NCBI GenBank assembly: GCA_964397195.1
Contig: CAYNGY010000005.1
Location: 685-64,684, forward strand
Direction of reading: 5' to 3'
From: an uncultured Gammaproteobacteria bacterium
Lineage (GTDB): Bacteria; Patescibacteriota; Patescibacteriia; SBBC01; CAIJZX01
DNA length: 64,000 bases
Below, piece by piece: positions 44,344 through 54,574 of this stretch. How positions within the stretch are numbered: the stretch's first letter is position 1; every line of letters begins with the position of its first letter. The notes under the pieces are model-generated. The model was not told where the DNA came from and did not search any database. It saw only the letters and a program-made list of their open reading frames with translations. Both the position numbers and the translations under genes were made by a program.

Positions 44344-45790
44344 GGAGTTTGAGGGCTCGGCGGTAGAGCTCAACATATTTCTGAGCAGGAAGTTCCCACG
44401 AGAACGATTGCCGCATCGCCTGCCAGGTGAGGTGTTCCCAGACCTGCGGGTATTTAAATGTTTCGATGGCGCGAGTGAGGCTCATGAGCAAGTCGAGGCC
44501 GGTATGGCGCGCGAATACAAATCCGTTGCCAGTGCCGGTTCGTGGATCGAAGTCGGTAACGGTATCGGCGAGCCCACCGACGCGGTGGACAATCGGAATC
44601 GATCCATATCGAAGGCTGATGAGCTGAGAAACGCCGCAGGGCTCAAAGCGTGATGGCATTAAGAACATGTCCGAAGCGGCATAAATACGGGAGGCCATTG
44701 GTACATCGTAACTCAGGTTGACCGACACTTGGCGAGGGTATTTTTTCATGGCTTGACGGAAGAACCGAACGTAGCCGCGGTCACCGAAGCCGGTAATGGC
44801 CAGCTGGACACGCTCTTGGACGAGCGCCGGAAGAATCTCCATGATCAAGTTAAGCCCCTTTTGTTCAGTGAAACGGTGGGCCATCCCAAGCAGGGGAATC
44901 GTTGGATCAACAGTTAAACCAAACTCTTTTTGGTAAGCGGTTTTATTTGCTAACTTTTTATCGAGCGAGTTCCAGTCGTAATGGATCGGAACGTATGGGT
45001 CAAAGCTGGGGTTAAAAACCGTGTAATCGATACCGTTGATAATGCCGAAAACTCGGTCGCGACGTCGTCGGAGATGTCCGTCGAGGCCCTCCCCAAACTT
45101 TTTGGTCAAGATTTCCTGAGCGTAACGCTCGCTGACGGTGCTGATGATGTCGGCATAACGGATTCCGCGGAGCGTAAAGTTTACGCGTGATAACTTATCA
45201 GGATCCTCCGGCGGGAGCCCGAGGCCGCGATCGCGTTCGGCGGGTGGAATCTCATACCACATTCGCGGGAGCTGATAGAGGATATTATGAATGGTGTAGA
45301 CGATGGATGTTTTGCTCCACCATGGATCTTTAGCAAACAACGAATGATAGTAGTTCGGGATCAGCCCGGTTTGCATATCGTGGCAGTGCAAGATGTCCGG
45401 GGCATACCCGAGGAGGTGAAACACATCGAAAATGGCACGGTCGAAGACGGCAAAGCGCAGGGCGTCGTCACCGTAGGCGTATATGCGGTCACGATTCCCA
45501 AAGAGATCCGGCTGATGCGCGAATATGACCGGGACGGCGGTGTGTCCCGGTAGGACGGCTTGGGTAAACCAGAACGGGTATTTTTTCCCGTTAAATTCGA
45601 CCTCCGTCCGCCCGATTTCAGTTTGCGTGACGTTTTGTTGGTCGATAAACTTATAGTAGGGCGTAATAATGATCGGCTCGTGTCCGAGGAGCTTGATGTG
45701 CTTCGGGAGCGCGTTAATCACATCGCTTAACCCGCCGGCCTTTGAGAACGGCGCTACTTCGCTAGCGATGATCGCTATTTTAAGTGGCAT
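44330..45790 (-). CDS. glgA: glycogen (starch) synthase, GT5 family (second copy)
   Basis: MPLKIAIIASEVAPFSKAGGLSDV KxGGL motif; GT-B C-terminal domain. Confidence 0.85.
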   Translation of the reverse strand: MPLKIAIIASEVAPFSKAGGLSDVINALPKHIKLLGHEPIIITPYYKFIDQQNVTQTEIGRTEVEFNGKKYPFWFTQAVLPGHTAVPVIFAHQPDLFGNRDRIYAYGDDALRFAVFDRAIFDVFHLLGYAPDILHCHDMQTGLIPNYYHSLFAKDPWWSKTSIVYTIHNILYQLPRMWYEIPPAERDRGLGLPPEDPDKLSRVNFTLRGIRYADIISTVSERYAQEILTKKFGEGLDGHLRRRRDRVFGIINGIDYTVFNPSFDPYVPIHYDWNSLDKKLANKTAYQKEFGLTVDPTIPLLGMAHRFTEQKGLNLIMEILPALVQERVQLAITGFGDRGYVRFFRQAMKKYPRQVSVNLSYDVPMASRIYAASDMFLMPSRFEPCGVSQLISLRYGSIPIVHRVGGLADTVTDFDPRTGTGNGFVFARHTGLDLLMSLTRAIETFKYPQVWEHLTWQAMRQSFSWELPAQKYVELYRRALKLHAVA

Positions 45791-46292
45791 GGGTGTTTGG
45801 TTTGTTGGCGGCACAAATAGCAATTGCTAATGCATCCGCCTCGTCGTCGAATTGTATCCTGTTTGTGATATTCAGCAAAGCACGAACCATGGTGATCATT
45901 TGAGTTTTATCTGCGCGGCCGTAGCCGGTGGTGGCTATTTTGACATCGTTCGGGGTAAATTCGCGACACGGTATGTGCCGTTGGCCGGCGATGAGTAATA
46001 CAACCCCCCGCGCCTCAGCCACACCGAGAGCCGTTGTAGTATTGCGGCTGAAGAAGAGCCTCTCAAGGGAGACCTCGGCCGGCTGGTGTGTTGTGCAGAG
46101 CGTGTCGAGTTCGCGGTAGACAGTGTGCAGTCGTTCCGTCATTGGCGAGGACGCTCGAGTGACGATGCATCCAGAATCGATTCGACGCAATGCTGACCCT
46201 GAAACCTCAAGGATCGCCCAGCCGAGGCGGCCATATCCGGGATCAATCCCGAGGATGCGGCGAGAGCTAGGCTGTTTCGTTCGTGGTGACAT
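45780..46292 (-). CDS. ruvC: crossover junction endodeoxyribonuclease RuvC
   Basis: ILGIDPGYGRLGWAIL, the catalytic Asp/Glu pattern and C-terminal FDDEADALAIAIC. Start uncertain (overlaps the yebC 3' end). Confidence 0.85.
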   Translation of the reverse strand: MSPRTKQPSSRRILGIDPGYGRLGWAILEVSGSALRRIDSGCIVTRASSPMTERLHTVYRELDTLCTTHQPAEVSLERLFFSRNTTTALGVAEARGVVLLIAGQRHIPCREFTPNDVKIATTGYGRADKTQMITMVRALLNITNRIQFDDEADALAIAICAANKPNTHAT

Positions 46293-46992
46293 TGGTGATA
46301 TCGGGGTGTTCGTCGAGAACCTCGAAGAGATCGGCAAGCCGCTGTTCTTCCTCAGCAGAGAGGCGAACCGGTGTGGTAGGAATAAGCTCGGCCCCGGAAG
46401 CGGTAATGGTTACTAGGCCCGGATCGATAGCGGAGCGCACCCGCTCAATGTCGTTGGCCTGGCATTCGATAGTCACGTCGCGCCCAGTGATTCTTGCGTC
46501 GGTGGCCCCGGTTTCCAAAAGGCTCAGGGCCATCGCATCAGGGTCTTGCGGGTCAGCCAGCAGCGTGCCGCGGATGACCCCGCGCCGGTCAAACATCCAG
46601 GCGACACTATTTTGACCGCCCAGGCTCCCGCCGTATTTACTAAGGGCCGCACGCAGGTCACCGGCGGTCCGATTTGAGTTATCGGTGACCGTTTCGATCA
46701 TCAGGGCGACCCCGCCGGGCCCAAATCCCTCGTAGACAATCTCTTTTACCTGGTCCCCGCGGGCCTCGCCAGTCCCGGCCTTAATGGCGCGCTCAACATT
46801 GTCGTTTGGCATGTTGTCGGCGCGGGCGTTGTCGATAGCCAGACGTAAACGGAAGTTCATTGTTGGATCGCCGCCACCGGCTCGAGCCGCCACGGCGATG
46901 AGTCGCGCATGTTTCGTAAACGAAGCAGACCGGCGAGCGTCGGTAACCGCCTTTTGCCGTTTAATGGTGGACCACTTAGAATGGCCGGACAT
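46267..46992 (-). CDS. yebC: YebC/PmpR family DNA-binding transcriptional regulator
   Basis: MSGHSKWSTIKRQKA N-terminus is diagnostic of YebC/DUF28. Start at MSGHSKW (~46992). Confidence 0.85.
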   Translation of the reverse strand: MSGHSKWSTIKRQKAVTDARRSASFTKHARLIAVAARAGGGDPTMNFRLRLAIDNARADNMPNDNVERAIKAGTGEARGDQVKEIVYEGFGPGGVALMIETVTDNSNRTAGDLRAALSKYGGSLGGQNSVAWMFDRRGVIRGTLLADPQDPDAMALSLLETGATDARITGRDVTIECQANDIERVRSAIDPGLVTITASGAELIPTTPVRLSAEEEQRLADLFEVLDEHPDITNVTTNETA

Positions 46993-47230
46993 GGCCGAGT
47001 GACAAAAAAATCGAAAATCGCGCTCGAAGTGTACCAAATTTTATCGACCAAGTCAATCGGTGCCATTCGCTCTTGCGCATACCCATGCCGTTCTGCTAGA
47101 GTGCAGGCACTGCCTCTCGTCGACTAGCGAGAATGCACGAAAAAAGAAACTGGTCGCCCGCGTTCCCGCTCCCCATGCTTGAGCGGGAGCGTTACGGTTC
47201 CAAAGGCGATTTTTTTGCTATACTGTTCTT

Positions 47231-48871
47231 ATGGAACATACGGAAAATCAACACCAGCCATGGTGGCGCCGGGAATGGTTCTGGCTCTCCTACGTCTGTA
47301 TTTTTGTGATCAGCTTCGCGGTCATGCTCGTATTGCAATCCGCTCCGGTTTTTGCGGATCCGGACTCGTTCTACCATACGAAGATGGCTCTCCTGCTTCG
47401 GGACGAGGGAATCCACCGTGATTTTCGTTGGTTAGACATGACGACGCTTGGTACGCACTATACCGACCAGCACTTTTTGTACCACCTACTCCTGATTCCC
47501 TTCGTCACCGTCTTTTCGCCACTGATTGGTATGAAGGTGGCAACGGTTTTTTTCGGGGCGGCCCTCTTTACCGTTATCTACTGGTTCTTGCGATCGTTTA
47601 GCGTGCGATGGGCCTTCGTCTACCCGCTGGTGCTCCTCTTTATACGGCCATTCACCTTTCGGATTGCGCTCGCGAAAGCGCCGAGCACGTCGCTCATCAT
47701 TTTAATAATCGGAATCGCCTGGATATTTCGATATCAACTGCGCCGCCTTTTTTGGCTGGCCTTCGCGTATGTCTGGTACTATGGCGGTTTCCCGCTTCTT
47801 GGGGTGGCGGCGACGGTGAGCGCCACTATGAGTGCTATTCATAATCGTGTCCATCGTCAGATGCCCGGACATCGGTTCTTAGCGAATCTCCGAGCCCTGA
47901 TTGCTCCGCGGGGTGCTCATCGCTCGCGCCTCAGTCTTAATGTATTAATGTTGACGGTGGTTGTCGGCGGGCTACTCGCAGGCGTCGTATTTAACCCGTT
48001 TTTCCCGAAGAATATCGGGTTCTATGAACAACAGCTCGTAAACATTGGCATTATCAACTACAAAGACAAGATCGGTGTTGGGGCGGAATGGTATTCGTAC
48101 AACCTCGGGGAGTTACTGGCAAACGGCGCATTCGCAACGCTCCTCGTGCTTGTTGCCGCGCTGGGCATCATTTTTCGCTTCAAAGCACAGTCAAAGCGAA
48201 CGTGGACGCTCGCGATTCTGGCGCTGTTCTTTTTTCTGCTGACCCTCAAGTCGCGACGCTATGTTGAGTATTATATCCCGTTTTCGGTGTTGTTCGCGGC
48301 TTTTAGTATCTCAGATTCGGTGAGTGGAAGCTCGGGATCCCGACTTTTGGTCGAGCTACGGGGTTTTGTGACCAAAACGACGTGGGGCCGGGTGATCGGC
48401 GGCATCTTTGGCCTCTATCTTGCGGTTGGCGTTGGTTTCGTGGCGGGCCGCGACTTTTCGGCGGAACGCAAAGACCTTCGTAGCGGATATGGGCTGCAAG
48501 AACTAGCGCCGGCTAGCCGCTGGCTCGCCGCGCACACGCCGGAGAACGCGCGAATCGTCCACTCGGATTGGGACGAATTCCCGGTACTTTTTTATCATAA
48601 TACACATAATCGATATATCATTGGGCTCGACCCGACCTTTCTCTACAAGGCGAACCCAGATACATATTGGACCTGGGCAAATTTGACGCTCGGAAAGTAC
48701 GATGGCGACGTGTATCGAGCGGTGACAGAAACGCTTGGCGCTCGATACGTATTTCTGACTAATGATCACGTTGGTATGGACGCCCTTATCCAGCGTGATG
48801 GCAGGTTCACGAAGGTATATGAGGATAGTGAGGCGACGATTTACCGCGCTGACACAGAGACCTCGTCATGA
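47231..48871 (+). CDS. polytopic membrane protein, GT-C-fold glycosyltransferase-like (PMT_2/ArnT-like)
   Basis: At least 10 TM helices. First extracytoplasmic loop carries ADPDSFYHTKMA (Asp-rich motif as in GT-C enzymes). Large C-terminal soluble domain. TGCTATACT extended -10 ends 6 nt before the ATG. Confidence 0.45.
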   Translation: MEHTENQHQPWWRREWFWLSYVCIFVISFAVMLVLQSAPVFADPDSFYHTKMALLLRDEGIHRDFRWLDMTTLGTHYTDQHFLYHLLLIPFVTVFSPLIGMKVATVFFGAALFTVIYWFLRSFSVRWAFVYPLVLLFIRPFTFRIALAKAPSTSLIILIIGIAWIFRYQLRRLFWLAFAYVWYYGGFPLLGVAATVSATMSAIHNRVHRQMPGHRFLANLRALIAPRGAHRSRLSLNVLMLTVVVGGLLAGVVFNPFFPKNIGFYEQQLVNIGIINYKDKIGVGAEWYSYNLGELLANGAFATLLVLVAALGIIFRFKAQSKRTWTLAILALFFFLLTLKSRRYVEYYIPFSVLFAAFSISDSVSGSSGSRLLVELRGFVTKTTWGRVIGGIFGLYLAVGVGFVAGRDFSAERKDLRSGYGLQELAPASRWLAAHTPENARIVHSDWDEFPVLFYHNTHNRYIIGLDPTFLYKANPDTYWTWANLTLGKYDGDVYRAVTETLGARYVFLTNDHVGMDALIQRDGRFTKVYEDSEATIYRADTETSS

Positions 48872-50130
48872 TACCTGTCGAGCTCGTCCTTCTCGCGGTT
48901 CAGGCGTACGCGACGGGCAAGCTATATATTCTTGAACTGTTTCATCCGTTTTTTCGGAGCGGTGGTGGGGCGCTGATACTGTTTTTGATACCGTTGCTGG
49001 CATTGGTGGCGTATTTTTTCTTACTCCAAATCGAGCGGCCGACAGCGGCGCGCTGGGGCTTTGTCGTTGTTTGTGTCGCGTCACTTCTTGTGACGGGAGT
49101 GCTCACACATCGTCAAATCTCGTATCGTTCCGGCGAGGCGCTTCCACTAACCGATAATGATGGGGCTGTACAGAGCCGGGCGGCGGCGACATTTTTGTTG
49201 CGTGGCCAAAATCCGTATACGGCCGACTATCGTCAAACAGACTTCCGTATTTTTCCGAGCCCGTCTGGTCGGGGCGTTGACAACCTCGCACTCGACCACT
49301 ACGCGTACCCGCCACTACAGTTTTTGCTGATGGTGCCGACGGTGTTCATTAATACCACATTTGATACACACTTCGACACACAGACGCTTTATCTCATTCT
49401 TTTCTTGATCTACTGTGTGGCCGTGGTAGCACTTGGAAATACCTGGTCGATGCGAACACGGCTTCTCTTGTTGACGCTCGGGAACCCGTGGTTTCTGCTG
49501 CTCGCGTTTGCCGGGTTCAATGACATCACGATGGTGGCGCTTCTGACCTTGGCCGCCGTCGCCGCGCATCGACGATGGTGGGTTGCGTCGAGCGTTTTGA
49601 TGGGCTGCGCCGTTGCCAGCAAACAAACGGCGTGGGTAAGTGCGCCGCTATGGGCGGCGTATGTCTGGTTTGCGCTGGGCGGCGCTTGGCGAGCATGGTG
49701 GAAACAGTTGGCGATTGCCGCAGGCACGGCGAGCGTGTTTTTTCTGCCGTTCTTTCTATGGAATCCCGGGGCGATGTTTGATGACATTGTGCGGTATGTT
49801 TCTGGAGCAATCCCGGGAAGTTACCCACTTTCTGGTAATACCATTCTTCAATATCTACGACCGCTCGGCCTCGTAGATTCACCATGGACGACTTTCTCGG
49901 CTTGGCCCTTTCAACTGTCGGTTGGAGCAACCATGGTGCTCTTCGCATATCGCGCCCTTCGTCGTCGCCCCCGCGCCTCGGTCTGGCTTGGGTGGTCGGC
50001 CATGACCATCTTAGCCATTACACTCGTCTCACGATTTGCTCCGGACAACTACTTTCTGGCCATCGCCGAGCTGATTGTCGCGGCCTATGGGCTCTCACTA
50101 ATTGAACGAGGGTCGCATGGTGAGACCTAG
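48868..50130 (+). CDS. polytopic membrane protein, DUF2029/GT87-like GT-C glycosyltransferase
   Basis: About 11 TM helices, LRGQNPYTADY and HYAYPPLQFLL motifs reminiscent of DUF2029 mannosyltransferases. ATGA overlap with the upstream gene. Confidence 0.45.
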   Translation: MIPVELVLLAVQAYATGKLYILELFHPFFRSGGGALILFLIPLLALVAYFFLLQIERPTAARWGFVVVCVASLLVTGVLTHRQISYRSGEALPLTDNDGAVQSRAAATFLLRGQNPYTADYRQTDFRIFPSPSGRGVDNLALDHYAYPPLQFLLMVPTVFINTTFDTHFDTQTLYLILFLIYCVAVVALGNTWSMRTRLLLLTLGNPWFLLLAFAGFNDITMVALLTLAAVAAHRRWWVASSVLMGCAVASKQTAWVSAPLWAAYVWFALGGAWRAWWKQLAIAAGTASVFFLPFFLWNPGAMFDDIVRYVSGAIPGSYPLSGNTILQYLRPLGLVDSPWTTFSAWPFQLSVGATMVLFAYRALRRRPRASVWLGWSAMTILAITLVSRFAPDNYFLAIAELIVAAYGLSLIERGSHGET

Positions 50131-51688
50131 CATTCATCGGGCGGTATTCATCGTTGTGGCGATTGTTTTCTCGTTGATTCCGTTTGTGACCGGCCGTCTG
50201 ATGCAACCAGCGGGAACGTACTACTACGCCGCGTATAATCGAGCCCCTGGCGATACGTCTATTTACTACCGCTACATTGAACAAGGCCGAACCGGCGGCC
50301 CACTGATGCGAGACTTCTTTACCACCGATGCGCATCCGGCGATACTATGGCAGCCGGTGTGGTGGGCGGTTGGTCGGACCGCGGAGACATTTGGGATTTC
50401 TACTCCAAACGCTTTTGCCGGAGCCCGTGCCGTCGGGGCAGCTGTGTTAGCCGCTACTATGTGGTGGGCGGCTGGGCTCCTCTGGCGCGATCGACGCCGA
50501 GTGTGGTCGGTATGGGTAGGGTACTTTGGAGCTGGTGTGGGAGGATGGATGATCTTCCTATTTCGATCGTGGACGAATGCGTGGCATCTTCCGCCATACG
50601 ATCTTTGGGTTTCCGAGGCATATCCGTGGTTAAGCTCGCTCGCGAGTCCACATTTCCTGCTGGTTACTGCCGGGCTATTGGCCGTGATGATTGGGACCGA
50701 ACAGTGTCACTCTCGGCGATCTTCAATATGGTTGGGGGTTGTGCTCTTAATGCTCACGTCGATTCATCCATTCCATATACTGACTATTGGGCTGACATGG
50801 GCGGGCCTGACGATTGTAGAGGCGTTAACGGCCGCGCCAGAGTGGCGGTTGCGTCTGGTGCGTCGCATCAGCATTGGAGTGTGGGCGATACCGTCACTCG
50901 TCTACTACGCGCTCACGTGGTTCCAGCCGATCATGTTGGAGCGTGCAACGCAGAACATCAATTCGACGTTTATCTGGATCAGCCTGGTTGGTTTTGTACC
51001 ATTGATGATTGCCGCCTTGATGGCGTTTCGGTTCCGTCGAGACCGTTCGATTTACATTCTGGCAATGTGGGGCGCGGCGATTATGCTAGCCACAATCTTG
51101 CCGCTCGATTTTCAACGACGATTTGTACAACCCTTGGCCGTGCCGCTCGGCCTCTTGGGTGGGTTTCTTTTTTCGGTGTGGTGGTCGGCTGGGCGCCTGA
51201 AACGAGCGGCGGTGATCGCGCCGTGCCTCCTGATGGTGGCCAGTCCAATTGCCGGTATCGCCACAGCAATCCACACTATCCGTCTTGATAGCGTCTCCAC
51301 TAGTGCAAACTTTACCTATCTTCGGCCGGAGTATGTGCGGCTACTAGACGCGCTAAAAACACACCCCGAGTGGTCGCCGGTCCTCACCTCTCGAATCGAG
51401 GGAAACATATTAGGAGCCTTCGATCCGGTGCGAGTGTACCTTGGACACGGCGTTGAGACGACGCGCTTTAAAGAAAAATCCGATCAGATGAAACACTTCT
51501 TCACGGATTGGTCGTCGGGGCAACAGGCTTCATTTTTGCGGAGCACGGGAGTTTGTTCGGTCTTGGTGACGCCGTACACCCAAACCTACGGCACGGCATT
51601 TCCGGGTCGCGACGTGAGAATGGTGCCACTTTTTTCCGCTGGCGATCTCGTGTTGTATTCGGGTGGGTGCGAGGCTAGTGGCCGATAG
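50117..51688 (+). CDS. polytopic membrane protein (GT-C-like, unassigned)
   Basis: About 12 TM helices plus a C-terminal soluble domain. Overlaps the upstream gene. Confidence 0.4.
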   Translation: MVRPSIHRAVFIVVAIVFSLIPFVTGRLMQPAGTYYYAAYNRAPGDTSIYYRYIEQGRTGGPLMRDFFTTDAHPAILWQPVWWAVGRTAETFGISTPNAFAGARAVGAAVLAATMWWAAGLLWRDRRRVWSVWVGYFGAGVGGWMIFLFRSWTNAWHLPPYDLWVSEAYPWLSSLASPHFLLVTAGLLAVMIGTEQCHSRRSSIWLGVVLLMLTSIHPFHILTIGLTWAGLTIVEALTAAPEWRLRLVRRISIGVWAIPSLVYYALTWFQPIMLERATQNINSTFIWISLVGFVPLMIAALMAFRFRRDRSIYILAMWGAAIMLATILPLDFQRRFVQPLAVPLGLLGGFLFSVWWSAGRLKRAAVIAPCLLMVASPIAGIATAIHTIRLDSVSTSANFTYLRPEYVRLLDALKTHPEWSPVLTSRIEGNILGAFDPVRVYLGHGVETTRFKEKSDQMKHFFTDWSSGQQASFLRSTGVCSVLVTPYTQTYGTAFPGRDVRMVPLFSAGDLVLYSGGCEASGR

Positions 51689-53555
51689 TGGTGGATCCTG
51701 ATTCGAAGATGGTCACGCGGGCTGTGACGGGCGTAAACGTGCGCCATCGATCGAGGCGAAAAGCGCCGTTCATGCTGCCCCAGCTGTAGTCTAGTGTGGT
51801 AACAGATTGACCCGAAAGAACGGGGAGGCGGTAGGTGGTGATCCACTCATGCCTTTCGTCCCAACTCGACATTGGCCACCCGCCTTCGCCAATGATGCGG
51901 GTTGTCTCTTGGGATACGCCACCGGGCGTTTTTTGCCGGAGCCGAATGGACATCGGTTCGGTCGGTCTCTTGCCACCGCTCCACCAAATCTTGACCATGA
52001 GCTGGGTCGTTGTCTGCCACGCCTCAACGCGAGTGATTGTAGTTGCGGTGGCGGTTGATGGTTTGCCAATCACCACAAAATCTTCCGGCAGGTTCCCATC
52101 GCGTCGATAAACCGCAACCGAGTCTTGAAGATATGCGAGCCGTAATCCTTGGCTCTCTAGCAGGGTCCGAATCCGTTGCTCGCCAGTTTGACCGAGGAAC
52201 AGCGTGTCACGGTAGAAATATTGAAACTCGTAAAATTGTTTCCAATCGATAACCACCGCATCGAGGTCGCTTGGTACCTTATACGGAGCCTCAGTGTATT
52301 GCCGCTTCCCGAGGTAGACGTAGTTCAGGGAATAGATTGCCGGTCGATTCGATAGGCTTGGGAGTGTCGAAAACGTGGTGGCGACCCGGTCGGTTGGTCT
52401 AATGACCGCGAGCGCGCCTCGAAGCGCCGCCGAGCGCGTACGGTCGGCGTCACGTCTGGGTTGCCATGGTTGTTCTATTGGACCAAACGCTAGATGGAAG
52501 TACAGCGGACTGACTACTGCCAGAATAATGAGCAGTGCGCCAGAAATCTCCCGGGGCACGCGGTGTCCAAGTGAGAATGCCTGACGTTGCTCGAGCGCAG
52601 ATATGGCGGCCCAGGCGAGAAACGGAATAAACGGCACGACGTAGTGAAGGTGGAGAATGGAGACGGGCGACGAGCCAATTAAGAGCAGCTGGGCAAAGGA
52701 AAGCGCGGCTGGAATTAATTTCCGCATCTGGAGAAATGGCAGTAGTCCGAAGGCGGCCATTAATCCGAAGAACGTTCCCCAATTGTTTATGGCGAAAACA
52801 TGTTGGAGGAAGAGCATAGGATGGCGAAAGGGGAAGGTGGCCATATCGATCGGCCGTGAACCGAGCCAGGCGATGAAGCCGACAAACTTATAGTCACCGA
52901 GTGCGTTGGCATTGGCGATGAGCAGATGCGAAATAACAAACCAGACGAGCCCGAAGCCGCCGATACCCGCCCACCACTTGCGGGGAACGCGATCAAGCGC
53001 AGCTAGTGCGCCCCAGCTGATGGCAATGAGCGGAAGATCCTCGCGGACGAGGCACGTTACCCCCAGAAGTATGGCCCAGGTGGCCCAGCGTTGTTGCTGA
53101 TAGGCCAAGATGGCCGCTAGGAGGAGCGGCAGGGCTAGGGTAAGCGCGTGAAACTCGTACATGGCCACGTTGTAGATGAACGGGTGCGCGAGCCATATCC
53201 CGGCCGCAGTAACGCCGGCCCAGGCACCCAGTCGTCTTTGGGCGATACGGTAGATACACCATCCGCTCGCCGCAATGGCGAGGGTTTGCATCCAAAGTAA
53301 GAGCAGTGGCGACGACCAGAGACGGTATAGCGCCCCAATGGGTATTAAGATGAGCTCATAATGGTCGCCAAGGTAGCTTGGGTCGTGGATGGAGTTGGCA
53401 AATCCGTGTCCATGGGCAAGCGACCAGACGGTTTGCGTGTATATGCCAAGATCAAGACCGTTGTAGCCAAACGATTGATACTTTTTCCACTGCAGGCCGG
53501 CGATTCCGACCGTAAAGATGGTGAGACAGATAGCGAGGACAATACCTGAACGGCG
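51675..53555 (-). CDS. polytopic membrane protein with large C-terminal extracytoplasmic domain (DUF2079-like GT-C candidate)
   Basis: Start at MRRSGIVLAICL (the track ORF extends 50 aa further). About 12 TM helices then a ~230-aa beta-rich domain. Confidence 0.4.
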   Translation of the reverse strand, partial: RRSGIVLAICLTIFTVGIAGLQWKKYQSFGYNGLDLGIYTQTVWSLAHGHGFANSIHDPSYLGDHYELILIPIGALYRLWSSPLLLLWMQTLAIAASGWCIYRIAQRRLGAWAGVTAAGIWLAHPFIYNVAMYEFHALTLALPLLLAAILAYQQQRWATWAILLGVTCLVREDLPLIAISWGALAALDRVPRKWWAGIGGFGLVWFVISHLLIANANALGDYKFVGFIAWLGSRPIDMATFPFRHPMLFLQHVFAINNWGTFFGLMAAFGLLPFLQMRKLIPAALSFAQLLLIGSSPVSILHLHYVVPFIPFLAWAAISALEQRQAFSLGHRVPREISGALLIILAVVSPLYFHLAFGPIEQPWQPRRDADRTRSAALRGALAVIRPTDRVATTFSTLPSLSNRPAIYSLNYVYLGKRQYTEAPYKVPSDLDAVVIDWKQFYEFQYFYRDTLFLGQTGEQRIRTLLESQGLRLAYLQDSVAVYRRDGNLPEDFVVIGKPSTATATTITRVEAWQTTTQLMVKIWWSGGKRPTEPMSIRLRQKTPGGVSQETTRIIGEGGWPMSSWDERHEWITTYRLPVLSGQSVTTLDYSWGSMNGAFRLDRWRTFTPVTARVTIFESGSTTIGH

Positions 53556-53638
53556 CATAGTCCGTATAGTATACCCTGAAATACCCCCATAAACGACTAC
53601 CGCCCCCGGTGGGGGGCGGTAGTGTAGAAGAGTTGAAG

Positions 53639-54040
53639 TTAGGCCTCGGTAGTCGTGTTTGTCACATTCGACGTGGTTCGAGCCACGAAGATGACGACGG
53701 CCCACGAAAGGAGGACGATGATCAAGCCGATGACGGCCGCAGAAATTACTTTCTTGGCGCGCTCAACTTTTTCTTCATTTCCGGCAGCGGTCAACCAGAT
53801 GAATCCGCCGAAGATGATCATGATAACCGCAACGAGGGTCAGTAATCCGAGCACCAAGTTCAGTGTGTTGAGAACGGCTTTCTTCAGATCGGTATCCTTT
53901 AAACCAGTTTTTGTCTGGAGGGATTCGATGCTGAACGGCGTGGCGTCTTGAGCCATGACTGCGACTGGAGTCGCGATGGCCATGACGGCGCCGGCGATCA
54001 ATGCGAGTTTTGCAAATTTTTTCATTTGAGTCTTTGTCAC
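53639..54040 (-). CDS. TrbC/VirB2-like (T4SS-pilin-like) small secreted membrane protein, paralog A
   Basis: Signal peptide, two hydrophobic helices flanking the conserved core GGFIWLTAAGNEEKVERAKKVISAAVIGLIIVLLSWAV; Thr/Asn-rich C-tail. Confidence 0.55.
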   Translation of the reverse strand: MTKTQMKKFAKLALIAGAVMAIATPVAVMAQDATPFSIESLQTKTGLKDTDLKKAVLNTLNLVLGLLTLVAVIMIIFGGFIWLTAAGNEEKVERAKKVISAAVIGLIIVLLSWAVVIFVARTTSNVTNTTTEA

Positions 54041-54071
54041 CCCCTTTCAGGTTTCAACACCGCCGAGGGCA

Positions 54072-54473
54072 TTAGCCCTCGGTTCCAGGTGTGTTTGTTA
54101 CGTTGGCTGCGGTGCGGGCCACGAAGATCACGATTGCCCATGCGAGCAAGATGATAATCAGACCGACGACAGCGGCGGAGATAATCTTCTTCGCCTTTTC
54201 GACGTTCTCTTCATTACCGGCGGCTGTGAGCCAGATAAACCCGGCGTAGATGATCAGCACAACGGCGATCAAGGTCATGAGCCCGAGGACGAGCTGAATG
54301 ACGTTTAAGACCGTCTGCTTGAGATCGGTATTCTTTAAGCCGACCTTGGTGCCGATCGATTCAATGCTGAACGGCGTTGCGTCTTGGGCCTGAGCGGCCA
54401 AAGGCAACGCAACGGCCATCACTGAGCCGGCAGCCAGGGCGACTTTTGCAAATCGCGCCAATTTCATAGGCAT
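54072..54473 (-). CDS. T4SS-pilin-like paralog B
   Basis: About 75% identical to paralog A (AGFIWLTAAGNEENVEKAKKIISAAVVGLIIILLAWAIVIF). Confidence 0.55.
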   Translation of the reverse strand: MPMKLARFAKVALAAGSVMAVALPLAAQAQDATPFSIESIGTKVGLKNTDLKQTVLNVIQLVLGLMTLIAVVLIIYAGFIWLTAAGNEENVEKAKKIISAAVVGLIIILLAWAIVIFVARTAANVTNTPGTEG

Positions 54474-54544
54474 GATGCGTTTATTTAGTAAATTTTCTGT
54501 TGTTGCGGCATTGTTGATAAGTCCGCGAACCCCAGAGAAGTTTG

Positions 54545-54574
54545 ATTATACCACAAATCGATATCTGGTGCGAA
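54545..54574 (-). promoter_or_regulatory. promoter for paralogs B-A: TTCGCA-N16/18-TGGTATAAT (extended -10) on the minus strand
   Basis: The minus strand reads ...ttcgcaccagatatcgatttgTGGTATAATcaaac... in the 138-nt spacer between paralogs C and B. Confidence 0.45.
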
